Below, piece by piece: positions 39,525-52,379 of a stretch of 64,000 nt of DNA. This DNA is from Sphagnum compactum (taxonomy: Eukaryota), in assembly GCA_965153455.1 (NCBI GenBank), contig OZ234493.1:6810213-6874212 (forward strand), given 5' to 3'. The position numbers were made by a program, and so were the translations under genes. How positions within the stretch are numbered: the stretch's first letter is position 1; every line of letters begins with the position of its first letter. The notes below the pieces were generated by a model. The model searched no databases, was not told the DNA's origin, and saw only the letters and a program-made list of their open reading frames with translations.

Positions 39525-42250
39525 TTACAATAATTTGAAGAAACTAGAAACAAATAAGGCAGCATTTTCTGCTGCAAGATCACCAAAAATAGATATTTGA
39601 TTGGTGCCAGTACCCCCACCTGCTAGATCTGACAGTGACCGGAAGGCGATGAATGGAATATTGGCCTCATAGCAAACCTGTACACACAAGAATAGAAACC
39701 TTGATGTGAAAAGACAAAAATAGTTTATGCATCCTGAACAAGATGACAGTTGGAGATAAGGAATGCAGAATAAAGAGACTGCAGAAAGAAAAAATGCCAA
39801 GCAAAAGCACCAAAACTGTGAGCAGAAGACTGTAGGTACCAGAGCAGCAGCTGCTGTCTCCATGTCCACCAAAGATATGTTTAAGTCGTAGTACAAGAAT
39901 TGCCGATATGCAAGATTGTCAAGAAACACATTGGCTGATGCACCATTCATCCCAAAGACAACCTTTGGCTTTGAATTAAGGCATGTTGTAGTGTTCACAC
40001 AGGAGACTAACTCAAGGTCCTGCAACACATACAATGCATCTCACTTGAACAGACAGGCTACAGTGTTTATTAAACACAAAAAACTGGATAAAGAGATCAT
40101 AATATAATTTTATTTGAAGCTTATGCTCGTAAAGTGATTGTACCTTCACATCTTTTTTAAAATCCCATTCTAGGTGCTGCTTTACCAGTAGTGGCATCAG
40201 CAAAATGATTCATTCATGAAGGTTATATTGATGCACAACATCAATCTGGCAGTATATATGAGAAGTGAACATTCTAGTATCTGGATGTGAGCCCTTACCA
40301 CAAGTTTCTTGGCAGTTTCATAAAGTTTTTCATCAACAGGAAGAAAAAAGACATGTTGACGAACTTCGGGTACACCTGTCACTGGGTAGACCTCTTCTGG
40401 TTGATACCAGACATTGTTCAGTAGATTGGTCCCTTTTGGCACATCATATGCCCCTATGTTCAAGTAGCCAAATTTGCGAGTATAATCTCCAGATGACTCA
40501 AGCGAAAGAGGATCATTTGGTCCTTGTCCATATCTCTGAATCAACAGAGACAGCAAACACAGTCAGCATCATGTCAAGAATCCCATCTACAAAAAAACAT
40601 ATTCTCAAATCATGTTTACACAGCTTTGTACAGATGTCTGATCCATGATGAAATATGTCTCAGGCTCTTCTCAACCTGGTCTTAATAATCTTGAATTACT
40701 AAAGTAAAGCTTGTGCATCACTCACTCATTATTCGTGAAGTCATGAGCTACAAGCAGCTTTTGCTCTCATAAAACACCAAACTTTCAAGACAGGGACAGT
40801 TCTGGGCAGTTTAGTGTGAACCCAAGTAATGGAACAGAGAGTGCTGCACCTGCCAGTTCCATAGGCCAGTGTGTGCCCAGTATTTGGCAACTGTGGTATC
40901 TCCAATGTTGAGGTTGGGATCCGTGGTACCAGCAATACCAAATAGGATGACTCGAGTGACATCAAAAAAGTCCAGCAGCTGTTGAGTAGTAATGCCTGAA
41001 TTTAACTGGAAACCACACCAAAGACAAACCAGATCTCAGCACCCATTACAATCCTTTGTGAACTAGAGTAGAGTTGTTATTCCACCTCAAGCAAACAAGC
41101 TGGAAACTGAATAGGTTACAGGTGAAGAAGGTTTTGCTTAGATCACAAGTTGCGGTGCCACCCACAAAGTGTGGAAGAGTCGATAGTGAGCCTGTAATGC
41201 TTAATGTAGTACTACCAAGTTGTTCATGATCATCAGCAATGCTGCCTGTCACTGGTGGCACAAACCTTGCTCAAGGCCAGGACTTCCTGTGTCAAATGAC
41301 TTCTACTGAGAAGGATAAAAAACCCAACAGAAAAATTCAGCAGTTCCAGCTAGCTATGGTGAAGCTCATGGCATACCATAGCAAGTCCACACATCACGAC
41401 AACAACCTTCTGTCCCTCAATGGTGCCCACATGGAATCTCCTGCCTGCAATGTACATACAAATTGCCAAGCTGTGAGATTCTAGATGCAGCACACATGAA
41501 GAAATCCAAACCAAAAGATCCATCAACATCTAAGTGTTGAGTAGGCAATGTGCTGTGCAGGTAGTCAGTTTGGTTGAGACACACCCACCCCATGTTGGAA
41601 ATCTTTCTTGCCGCCTGATCAGATCTTTCTTACATGGTTTTTGGTTTGCTGCACGGCCTGAGATATCTAATCTGCTTTCCTAACACGCTGATAGAAGATA
41701 TGGCTTCTTTCTTGCGGATAGAGGAATAGGCGGCATTCCTAACTCATGGCCTTCCTTCGCATTGGATTCTTACCAAGATCTTTGATACAACGGATCCTGG
41801 TATGACCAATTAGAAGCTGTTCCGTGCTTCTTCTGGATCTATTTCAGTGCGACGACAAGATCTCTTGTTACGATCTACTACATCCGTTGTCCACGCTCTT
41901 ATCCAAGTAAAGAGATTTGGAATACTCGTGTCATCTCAGAATGAGGGAATAATGTACAGAGAGGAAGAGGGAGGGACTTTCTTGCCTGCAAGATCGAGCC
42001 ACGGAACGTAAGGATGCGGCTTGAACACAGTCTTGGAGAGTAATGGAGCAATTTCGAATGGATTCGGTACCACAAGGCCCACGTATGGTCCCTCGCGGTT
42101 GAGTCTTTGTGAGAGAATGAAGGCTGTCTTGTTGGATGGAAGAGCCTCAGCTAACTGCAACTCCCCTCCTGCAAGCAGGAAAGACATGGCCACCAACGTC
42201 CCGATGATCCATAAACAGATTTTTTTCCGAGACGACGTCAAATCTTCCAT
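39525..42250 (-). CDS. Nucleoside phosphorylase-family (PNP_UDP_1) / bark storage protein A-like secreted protein, ~352 aa; exons 42250-41986, 41444-41377, 41005-40850, 40535-40299, 40019-39840, 39677-39525
   Basis: N-terminal hydrophobic signal, then GPYVGLVVPNPFE, DLAG|RRFHVGTIEGQKVVVVMCGLAM|LNSGITTQQLLDFF...FGIAG...IGD...YWAHTGLWNWQ|RYG...LSLESSGDYTRKFG...NNVWYQPEEVYPV...|...SANVFLDN..YRQFLY...VDMETAAAAL|VC...PFIAFRSLSDLAGGG. All exon phases are compatible (1059 nt). Intron 1 has a GC donor; the rest are GT-AG. Confidence 0.92.
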
Positions 42251-43084
42251 TCTGCTTCACAAGGCAAAGCAGCAGCAGCAGCGCTTTGTAGCTCTAGCTA
42301 ACTCTCTCAGTTCCAATGCTGCAGACGCGGGATCGATTCGAGCGATTTTAGAACTTCTGTGTGACCTGAGATGTACCGTTGTGCACATTTGCGTGTCTCG
42401 AGCTTTCTTTCTTTGCTTCAGTAGCAGAGCCTATTTCTTACACCTCCTCGTTCACTATTGCGAAATGCGTTTTCCTTCCCCCTATCAAGAACGAACTGAT
42501 CGCTCTCTCTCTCACAGACACAAGCTTCTTCCTACAATTCTTCGGCGAAATGTTGCAACAGTTTGTTAAAAGAACCTCTCGATTCTTGTTACAGGTCGCA
42601 AAATCTTTTCCGATCTGTCGTCCTACATTTGCTAACTGGTCTGCTATCTTTCTTCTCCTTCGTCTTCTTTGGCTTTCTTCAGCAAGCAATCCGCTAGTTA
42701 CATTCTTGCAGTAATATCATCGTCCCGAAACCAAGGCGCTGCGTCCTCTTCAGAACTTTCTCCCAGCAACTGTTCGCAAGGTGATTAATACACGGGACAA
42801 CTGCTTTTTCTCTCCTGTCTCTCAATAGCTTCTTCTTCGCCAGCAAATTTCTCTCATCACATAAACTAAGGAATCATGATGAGAAATGGTAAAAAAAAGA
42901 AAAAGAGACTCCAAAAGAAAGAAAGTCGACGGACTCCAAAAATGACACCTCACTGTAGCTGCGAAAACAAAGGCAAGTTATTCAAAAATCACGCCGGCTC
43001 CGCGCGTAAACAATTCCATGTCAACCTTCCCGGGCCCGAGTAGTCGACTCCCCCAAAAATAGCTTCCATGCTGCTGCTGCCCTT

Positions 43085-43124
43085 TTCCCTTCCCTTCCCT
43101 TCCCTTCCCTTCCCTTCCCTTCCC
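43085..43124. repeat. (TTCCC)8 microsatellite
   Basis: Read directly from the sequence. Confidence 0.95.
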
Positions 43125-43290
43125 TCCAGCTCTTGCAAAGAACCAGAGCACGCCGGTGGGGGAGTAGTCACCACCGATCAAAGCTCTTCTTGGAAAAACG
43201 ACAACAATCCGTGTGTGTTACAGCCAAAAAAGTCGAGATTATTTACTAAAAATATAAAAATAACAGTGCAATGCACGAGCTCGCTACTCT

Positions 43291-43297
43291 TTTTATA
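43291..43297 (-). promoter_or_regulatory. Candidate TATA box for the phosphorylase/BSP-like gene
   Basis: Minus strand reads cTATAAAAag about 1 kb upstream of the ATG at 42250, within a CpG-retaining region. Confidence 0.3.
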
Positions 43298-43574
43298 GAA
43301 GTTTTTCCATCTACGATCTCCCCTGCTGCGGCTTTTTCTGCCTAATTGCTTCAACAGAATAAAAATAGTCAATAATTTTTCTTAATTAAAAGAAACGAAA
43401 AAAACAACAACAACTGTTGTTCATGCATTGGAAATGTAATTTCTCCAACACAGCTGTGGTTGATCAGGCAAGCACGCACGAGTGCTGCGGCTGCTGCTTC
43501 CCACACACCATCTCCTCTCTCTCTCTCTCTATCTCTCTCTGTGTGTCTGTGTGGCTCGCTCGGGACGCGTTCAT

Positions 43575-44300
43575 AGCACTAGTTCAGAGATCTAGCAAAA
43601 AAAACTAGATTTTTCTGTATCTACTAATACGATTGATTTTAGTAGTGTTTTTTTTGGGAAGTTTTGTATAATAGCCAAAGTGGCAATGATCCACAAGAAA
43701 ATTTTTAACCAAATTCGGCTATAAGCTAAATATTGAAGTAAAATTAAAAAAACAATCTTTCTATATTTTTGGCTACCATAATTGAACCAAATGTAAAGAA
43801 ATATGGCGACTTTTCACAAATTTTGGTCGAATTTTTTAGCTATTGAAAATTTTTAAACTAACATGAATTTAGCAATTTCAATCTTTAATGCAGCATTTTG
43901 GCTTTATATAGCCAGCAAAAAAAAGGCTGGTAATAACTCTATGTGTTCACATCAGTGGTTCAGAGATCTAGCGAGAAAGATAGATTTTTGTGTATGTACT
44001 ATTACACATATGTACTATTTTAGTAGTTTGTAATTTCGAAGTCTACGCATTCACACCAGTGGTTCCAGAGATCTAGCGAAAAAAACCAGATTTCTCAGTA
44101 TCTACTAATTTATATAACTCTACGCGTGCACGGCACTTGTTCACAGATCTAGCGAAAAAACCAGATTTCTCAGTATGTAACGAAAATTCGATTAATTAGT
44201 ACATTCTGACTCTTTTAAGTGTACACAAGAGTGGTTAACAAATCTAACAGACGAACTAGATTTCTCTGTATCTACCTAGTAGGATTGATTTAGTACGTTC
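43575..44300. repeat. Five diverged copies of an ~80-100 bp unit containing the hairpin AGATCTAG-N(8-9)-CTAGATTT, interrupted by a ~290-bp MITE-like insert (~43643-43929)
   Basis: A GTTCAGAGATCTAGC(G/A)AAAAAA...AGATTT.TC.GTAT-like core recurs near 43582, 43958, 44062, 44139 and 44234. Confidence 0.75.
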
Positions 44301-44602
44301 TTAAAACTCCTACACGTTTCATAGGGATTTTGTGTTACCAAATTTATTAGGGTACTTATTTTTAGAAGAAAGCGCGAGTGGACCGTTACCTCTGTTAAAT
44401 CTATCTTCTTCGTACTTTCGGAAATCTACTTTTCCAGTGCAAATTTATCGTTCATTCCCAACTTGGACCCCACCCCCCACCTCCGTGAGTGAGTGAGTGA
44501 GTGAGTGTGTGTGTGCGTGTGTATTATTTTATTGTTTGTTGTGGTTTGTCAGAATGGGATTTTCTTTTCAGGCGATGATTATTGTCTTGTCCTTGGCGTC
44601 AC

Positions 44603-44607
<5 letters not shown>

Positions 44608-44635
<28 letters not shown>

Positions 44636-44801
44636 GATTATTATTTTATTTTATTTTATTTTATGTTATTGTGGAACTAGAGTTTATTTTTGGGGGTGTA
44701 GGTGGAGAGATATATATATATAGAGAAAGAGGGAGGGGGTATAGGTCTAGTAGGTACCTACCTACTCAATTAAGCACATTGAGGGTTAAGGTGTGGGATT
44801 A

Positions 44802-44833
<32 letters not shown>
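44608..44833. repeat. Two (ATT)n microsatellite tracts
   Basis: attattatt... runs at ~44608-44633 and ~44804-44833. Confidence 0.9.
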
Positions 44834-44835
<2 letters not shown>

Positions 44836-46845
44836 ATAAATTTATGTCCTCATAAAAAGAATGGGAAGTAGTAGGTATTAGTAGGAGGAGGTGTGGCTAG
44901 GATGGATCCCTAAGCTATTGGCTCGTCCTAGGCCCCTTCTTCTTTGGGGGAAATGACTTTCACCCATGGTCTTTACTCATGGTCATCATAAAGCATGAGC
45001 CCAAGGTTTAACATAACCTAAACATGAATGGATCATGAGGTGAAGGACGGGGAGGGGTCCTTAAGCCTACTACTCGAGAGTGGGAGTGATCTTACAAGGA
45101 ATGTTTAGGTACAATCGTAACATGCACATTTCGTGGCACTCCTTCAACCTTTCTTTGGTTTGAAGTTTGATGACCCTAAGCTCCATGGAGCAATGGTGAG
45201 CACCATAACAACATTAGGGTGAGGATGATAAGGACCTTAAGAGGAGCCTTAAGGTCTCCATTTGGAGGTGGGTGGGCTCTATATGTTTATCATTGTTATC
45301 TTGGGGGGGGCTACCCATCTCAAGACTACTTTGGGGCTTTTCAGGTGCTTAACTTCAAAGTTCATATGGGGAGTTGGTGAGTCTATCTCAGCAAGGAGAC
45401 ATACAATTGTGTGCAACTATCATGATCCATTAAGTGAACTGGGCATGACAAGGCTTTCCTTCCTTCCTTGCATTAGTGTAAGCAAATAAAACTAATGTAA
45501 AATAAGGTGGGTCTTTTATTAGGCCAACTTTGTAGTGATGCAAGAGTTCTTTGTGTTTGGCTTCAATAAAAAAAATTCAATTCAATATTGTGTAATGTGA
45601 AGGTTATTTTGAAAAACAATTAGATACCCACCATGTGCTTGTGACACCTAAATTTTATGGTAAGTATATAAGATTTAAAGGGTGAAGATTAGTGAAATAG
45701 GAGGCCCCTTTTTTAAAAATTAAAAAATCGCCTTACATGCTTCGTACCTTGTGATTATCATTGTTGAGACCTATCTTAGATTCATCAATAGTATTATTAG
45801 TTGAATAATGGATAAATGTTAAATTGGTTCTTTTGAGTTTGGAAAGCACTATGGCAACATTTATAGCAATTCGATTTCATTTAAAGGGAAATACATGGAA
45901 TGAATTTTAAAGCTCACTCATGAATATTAATAGGTGATGTAACTTAATATGCCTCATGATATTCCTTGTTGATGAATGATAATTGTTTATTAGGCCTAGA
46001 TGAAGGGGGACTAATCATCCATCATCTTCAAGTATTGACAAGAGTTGTGCTCTAATAGATCCAAAACCCATCCTAAGTTCATGCCTTCTTTGATCATCAC
46101 ATTCAAGTCTTTAAGTCCCATCCCATGCTTGTTTTCACGTACCAATACCACATTCCCAACCACCCTAACATATTTCCTCATGTTAATTCATTCAGATTTG
46201 GTATTATAAGGCAAGGTTTCATGCATTCCTCCATTTTGTTATGTGCCCATTTGCATCATCTTTGGCACATTGCTATCTTTTAGGTTTCAAATGACTAAGT
46301 CATAAGGTCTGAATGAAGATTTTCTTCTATTTCTCAACTCTACGTGAATCCCAATAATTCTAAGCATTTTCCCTTGGCTATACTTTTCGAACAACACAAT
46401 GTGATCCTTGTCCAACTTGTAATTGCATGGTTTCTTGTAAAAGGCCGAACTAGGTACTAACTCTAATGTCAACTTTTGTTGCGAACCATAAATTCAATCC
46501 AAATGGTATGCTAAATTATAATCCTCCTTTTTTCATTACCTACCAATTCTAACATAAGTTTGTTTATTGAAACTGAATGTTGTGAACGTTTTCTTAAACA
46601 TCATTTCGTATTTTAGATTTTTTAACACTTCCCAATGAATATTTGCAAAATGTTTTTCATCTTTGCCTAGACTATTTACACGAGGTGATTAAAGCATTGC
46701 AATGTGGCATTTTATTTTAAGAACTTTCATGCTAGCAGTTGGTTTTGCTTCCATAATTAAATAACCAAACATGGAAATAAATTTTTTGGTTATAGTGATT
46801 TTTATGTGAAGTAATGGTAAATTCACACATGGTCCAAATTTTTGA

Positions 46846-47072
46846 GGTGTACCAAAATCTTGTCACAACCCCTCACTTTTTTTGAATTTTAATCATATAA
46901 AAAAACATATTTACAAACGATTATGATAGAATTTAGAATTTTTATGGTCTAATATAGGATACTTATGAAATATTTGACAATTTTTCACTCACTACCGTTG
47001 ATGGGAATTAAAATATAAGGAAAAAAAAAACTGTAGTAAGGACTAGGTCTTTTTCATTATGGGTGGTACACC
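46846..47072. mobile_element. Second copy of the GGTGTACCA...TGGTACACC short TIR element
   Basis: Shares 'ggtgtaccaaaatcttgtca', 'aaaatataagg' and 'tagtaaggacta' with 28645-28879. Confidence 0.5.
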
Positions 47073-50000
47073 TTTAAAAAATTCCAACAATTTTTTTTTG
47101 AATTAAAAAAATCAATTTATCATTTAATCTCCCAAATTTTCAATTAAAACCCTGTTGAAACACAAACTCACAACAATGAAATTACCATAACATGAAGACC
47201 TAATGATGGGAACCATGCCATGACAAACAAAAACATGCTTAAATATAATGGGAATATAATCCATTCCATACACCACAAAAATGAACATGAACAATGTCAT
47301 AATGCATGCTTAAAAATGTATCCAAATGCACTTATTCATAAACAATAATTACTTGAAACTAGGGTTGTTAGGAAACTCCTAGTAAATGTTTTGAACTTTT
47401 TTATGCTTATAATTGGTGTTGTCTATGGCATCTTAACATGCTATTCACCATTGTCCCACATGCTCTCATTGGTGTGCCAAAATTCCTTTTGGTCTCAACA
47501 TATTTTTTTAAGGCCCAACACTTCAACATTTTGCTCAACATCATCAACTTGGTGCTCAAGCTTCTTGGTGTGTTGTCAAGAAGTGACAAACCAAAACACC
47601 CCACTCCAAACCTAGAGTTTTACTAAAACACCCAAATCAAGACATCTTGGAAGGCATTATTTTAGGACATGGGGTTGGCAACCTTGGTTGGAACATGATG
47701 AATAAGAGTATATTGTAAATTTAGTGTGAATTGTATTGAAATAATAAGTTACCTTCTATTCATCTTTTTAAAATTGGGTAATACAAATTTGTTTGAAACC
47801 TTCCACAAAGCCCATTATGGTTGAAAAAGAAGGATGATGGACAATCTTCATCCATTATAACTGAAATTTGAATCCATGAACAACGAACTACACTGAACAA
47901 AATTATCATATACATATGATACATTTAATGCTTCTACATTTGCTATATCTTTTACAATGGGGTCAATTCAATGATTTTTTAAATTGCAAATTTATGCTCT
48001 TTGCTAATTTTTTAGTAAAAAACTTGAAAAAACATGTTTTCTCTTGTGTAAATGGTGAGAAAAACATGTTATCTAGTGTGTAAATTGTTTAATGTGGGTA
48101 CCAAAATGCAATTTTTTTTTATTGTTACAAACTTTAATTGTAAATAACAAAGTGTTTAAGTGATTGTAATACCTTCATGTGATACTAAGAACTTAAATTG
48201 GGAATGGGAAAATGTTTAAAGCATTGTAATCCATCAATGTTAAATGATTTTCTGAGATTTCTTATTGTTTTGTAAGGTTCTCTTTATTAGTTTTTTAATA
48301 ATAATAATAATTATTATTATTATTATTTTGTTTTGTTCTCTTTTTTTCTTGTTTCGTTAAATTCAATTTATGCAATCTAAATGTAAAATGGAAATGGTGA
48401 AAGTATTATAGGATTGGCCCAAATAAAGACTACATATTTTGTGACTCACATGCAAGTGTTGTAGGTTCGACCAAAATAGGTTGCCGTGTTGCTCCAAAAT
48501 CAACAAGATAACAATGTACAACAACAATCTTTATTGCTACATTATTCACCAAGCAATGTGGCAACAAAGGAAACACACCAAAAACAACAACAAAATGAAT
48601 AAAACAATGAGAGGCGTGACAATATAAAGAACAAACGAAAAGAGTAGAAAGGAAAAAAAAACAGCGGGGGGGGACAATGGAGGAAGGAAGAAAAAAACTT
48701 GATTTGCTTCACCCACTTGGAGTTGCAAGGTATTTCTCTCCTCCTCTCCTCCACAAGTTTCAAGGAGGCTCCTTCTTCACAATCTCCTCCTCCTCAAGTT
48801 TAAAGCTCCATGGCAAAAACAATAATCGAAAAAAGGGGGGCAAAGGAGAGAAGTGGTGATGGCAATGGCCAAAGGAAGAGAAAGAGGAAAGGGGAAGGAA
48901 GTAGCTAATAGGGGGAAGGTTTAAGAACTAACCCGATTGGGGTGTTTTGGGGTTGTGGTTGCAATTCATACAAGAAAAGTCATAATGGTCTCAACCCCAA
49001 CTAGTGTGTTAGTGGGTGTTGGTTCACATGGGCCAATAACTACGTATTCAATTTGGTCAAAAAATATTTTGATAGTGCGAAAAACAAAATTGTCAACTTT
49101 GGAGGTTATAAAATAGGACACATTCTTTAAAAACGAATGTTTAAACTACACGAGCATATGTAGTATGATATGAATTTTTTGAAAAGCTTAAGATGTTCTG
49201 TTTTAGTATTTTCTCAACTTGCTTTCACTCATTTTTCTTGATTTGGTGTTACTATCCTATTTTGCACAAAACAAACATAAAGTGTAATCATACCCTTTCA
49301 TTTAAATTTTCATTTTTATGGCTCCTTCAAAAGATGTTTGAAACATGTTTTACCATGTTACAAACAAAAAATGCATTTGTAATTCGTATTGAAAAGTAAG
49401 TTTTTAATGCTTCAAACCTATGTAAGAAAAAACTTTTTTTTGAAAGGCTTAATGTTGTCATAATTGAAATATTCAAGTTTCAAAAAAATGTGTATCAATA
49501 TGCATGATGGCTTTAACATTAATAACACATCATTTGAATAATTTGATATGGAAAAAATATCAAATATAAATTTTCTATAAATAAATAAAATAGTTCAAAT
49601 AATAATATAGACTAGGGATGAGTATATATGATTTATTTAATATGGCTAGTACAGCCCAACATTTATAACATTGGCAAAAGGCCTAAAATTCAAATTTTCA
49701 AAATATATTTTCCACATACCTTTACTTGTTGTTTGTCCTATTTTTTTTGAAAGGTAACCTACAACTCTTATTATATTTAATATTTACTTCCCTACCCCTA
49801 TGTAGTACTTCCCAACTTCCCATCCCTGCCCTTAATTCCCCACCTCATATCGTTGCACTATGGACCCGTTGTCTTCTTTTACTTCCAAGCTCTGTCTTTA
49901 TGTGGTGTAAAACCCATGTGGCATAAACCAAGATTTTACAAAAATTCAAGACTCATGTAACTCTTGCATTGGAGTCCTTTATTTTCATAAAGCCTTGGTG

Positions 50001-52379
50001 CTAGGGCTTTACCTTGCACATAAAGCCTTAGCCGAAGAAAATTACATTAATAAGGGTAGGCAATACAAGCAAGGAAATTATGATCTGTGTAAGGGTCTCT
50101 TGTTTTTCATCTTGTCTACTAAAACTTCCTAGTGGGTAGATGCATGGTATGGTGGCTCACTTTGGTGATGAAATGATGTTTTTTCCTTGGGTACCATTTA
50201 TTCAAATGCATATAGTAATTAATATTCTTTAGATCTATTAATTGGGACTTGAATTGAAATTTAAAACTTCATTATGAAAACAATTGTGTGGTTATTTATT
50301 GATAAAAATTTTCATTTGTTAGTAGTAATGGACTTTTGAAATTGATATATATGGATTGGTTGTTTGACTAGAACATCACAAAATGAAAAAAATAATAATG
50401 AATCACATTCCAAAATTGTTATTGGGACTCAAAATATAATGTAACACAAGATGACAAACTCATATGAGGAATCTTTTCTTTGAAAATTTTAACTGTTTAA
50501 TAGTTAAGGACTTTTGAATGGTTAAAATTTGACCATATTTTCATAAGTCCATATGAGTTACAATTTTTGTTTGTTTTCAATTTCTTTGTCCCAAAAGGTT
50601 TCTTTAAAAAGCTATACATGGGGCATTATTCATATGAACTTTGAGGGTTTTCCTTTTAAGACTTCCAAATTTAAAAATGACATCAGCTACATTAAATACA
50701 AATTTTCACATAGATTTGGGAAGGTTTATAAGTGATTGAACATGTATTATTCAAAATAATAATAATTTTTAAAGTAACAACCATGTCCATTTGAATCATT
50801 TTTAAAAATCTTGTATGGATTTATAGGGAGTGTAATTTATGTCATTATTGAGCCATTGTACCATGCATTCACCCTGGTAATGTCCTTGGAACAAAGAGTT
50901 CCTAAAATAATTACCATTGAGTCCTATCTTACGGGTGGTTATTTTAAGAACTCCTTACTCAATGGGCATTACCTTACCGAAATTTCCTTTTTGTGTTTTC
51001 AAGTCTATTACAAAACATAATCTTCCTCGTAGCCCCTTACGCTTTTTGGAAATCTATAACGTGCTTATAGCATGGTAATATTTTTGTAACTTTTTCATGT
51101 AGCCCCACTAGTGATCATCCATAAAAAATATTATTGAATTATCCAAATTTGGATGCAAATCAAAGAGGAAAGTAAAAAAACGTAAAAATTATATTATATT
51201 TCAGCAACTTGCTAAATATTATTATCCTAATGTGGTGATTTTAGAAGTTTTTTCTTCCAAATTTGGTCTAGTATTCTTTCTTTTGGAATTTTTTTGTCAT
51301 TTGGCAACAAAAGTATTTCAAAAAAATTGGGAGAAAGTTACCATATTCTTTAGGGGAAAAAATGAAGTTTCCATATTTTGACAATAATTTCCAACATGTT
51401 GCCAAAACCTAGCAAGAATCCTATTATTCCTAATGTCATTTTTAGCTTGTAGCTAAATTTTGCTCAATATTCTTATGGATGAGCACTAACCCACCTACTT
51501 CACAAAATTGAAAGAAACCCCTAATATGGTGACTTTGGCCCATTTTTTCACAACAATCTACTACATTCTTTGTTTCCAATTGGTGAGAATTCACCCAAAT
51601 TTTTTTTGGTTATCCAAAGTAAGATTAGGTCAAATTGTTAAAATATAAAAATGTTTTTCAAAAACTAATTTATGGAGCCAAAGTGAGAATTGTCCATGTA
51701 GTAAAATTGTCCTCTCCTAAATACATTGTTCAACTTCTTCAAGTCTAAACCAATCTTTAATCACCCCCCAAGAATAGAAGCAATTGTCTTTTGAATTCCA
51801 TACATCCCCTATTTTTCTTCTACCATGCCATATGCAATTAGGGTGGGGTTGAATTCTGCCTTTAAATTATGAACCACACCACCAATTAATGTTTTTGATT
51901 GATTCAAGTAGAATATGAAGTTTGAATTGTAATTTCTCTACCATACCTTTCCTTGGCTTTCATCATTTTAGTTCACATGTTATAACCAACTAAAGAACTA
52001 TCACTTTTTATTGACACTACAAGGAATTCACATATTAATGATTGGATTTTATGATTAGTTTTGAGTTATAAATACCACATGTAATGCTACAACGTCTAAT
52101 CACCTTGGTGAAGTTGTAACAAACACTAATCTTAAAAGACAACATGTGGCACATTACATGGCACCCAATTTTAAGTGCAATTGCATGTTTTGTGTAATGC
52201 AACAAGGTTTTTCATCCATTTCGTTGGATCGTCATAGGCTTAATCACACCAAGGTTGTGACTACATTTGTGATTGCATACATTTAGCACTCACCTATCAC
52301 CAAACATATTAGCATATGATGACACATGTGTAATGCATGAGTGGACACACATGATGCATACATGTTATGTAGGTTTTAA

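Noticed and set aside
42021-42714. ORFs 42021-42569 and 42379-42714 (+) as genes
   Set aside because: They are antisense to exon 1 and the leader of the phosphorylase gene, start at non-ATG codons and have no recognisable domain.
43575-44300. CRISPR-like array of palindromic repeats
   Set aside because: The repeats are degenerate, the intervening sequences are homologous to each other, there are no cas genes and the context is eukaryotic.
44497-44871. 124-aa hydrophobic ORF with poly-Ile tracts as a membrane protein
   Set aside because: The poly-Ile comes from (ATT)n microsatellites and the start codon is GTG.
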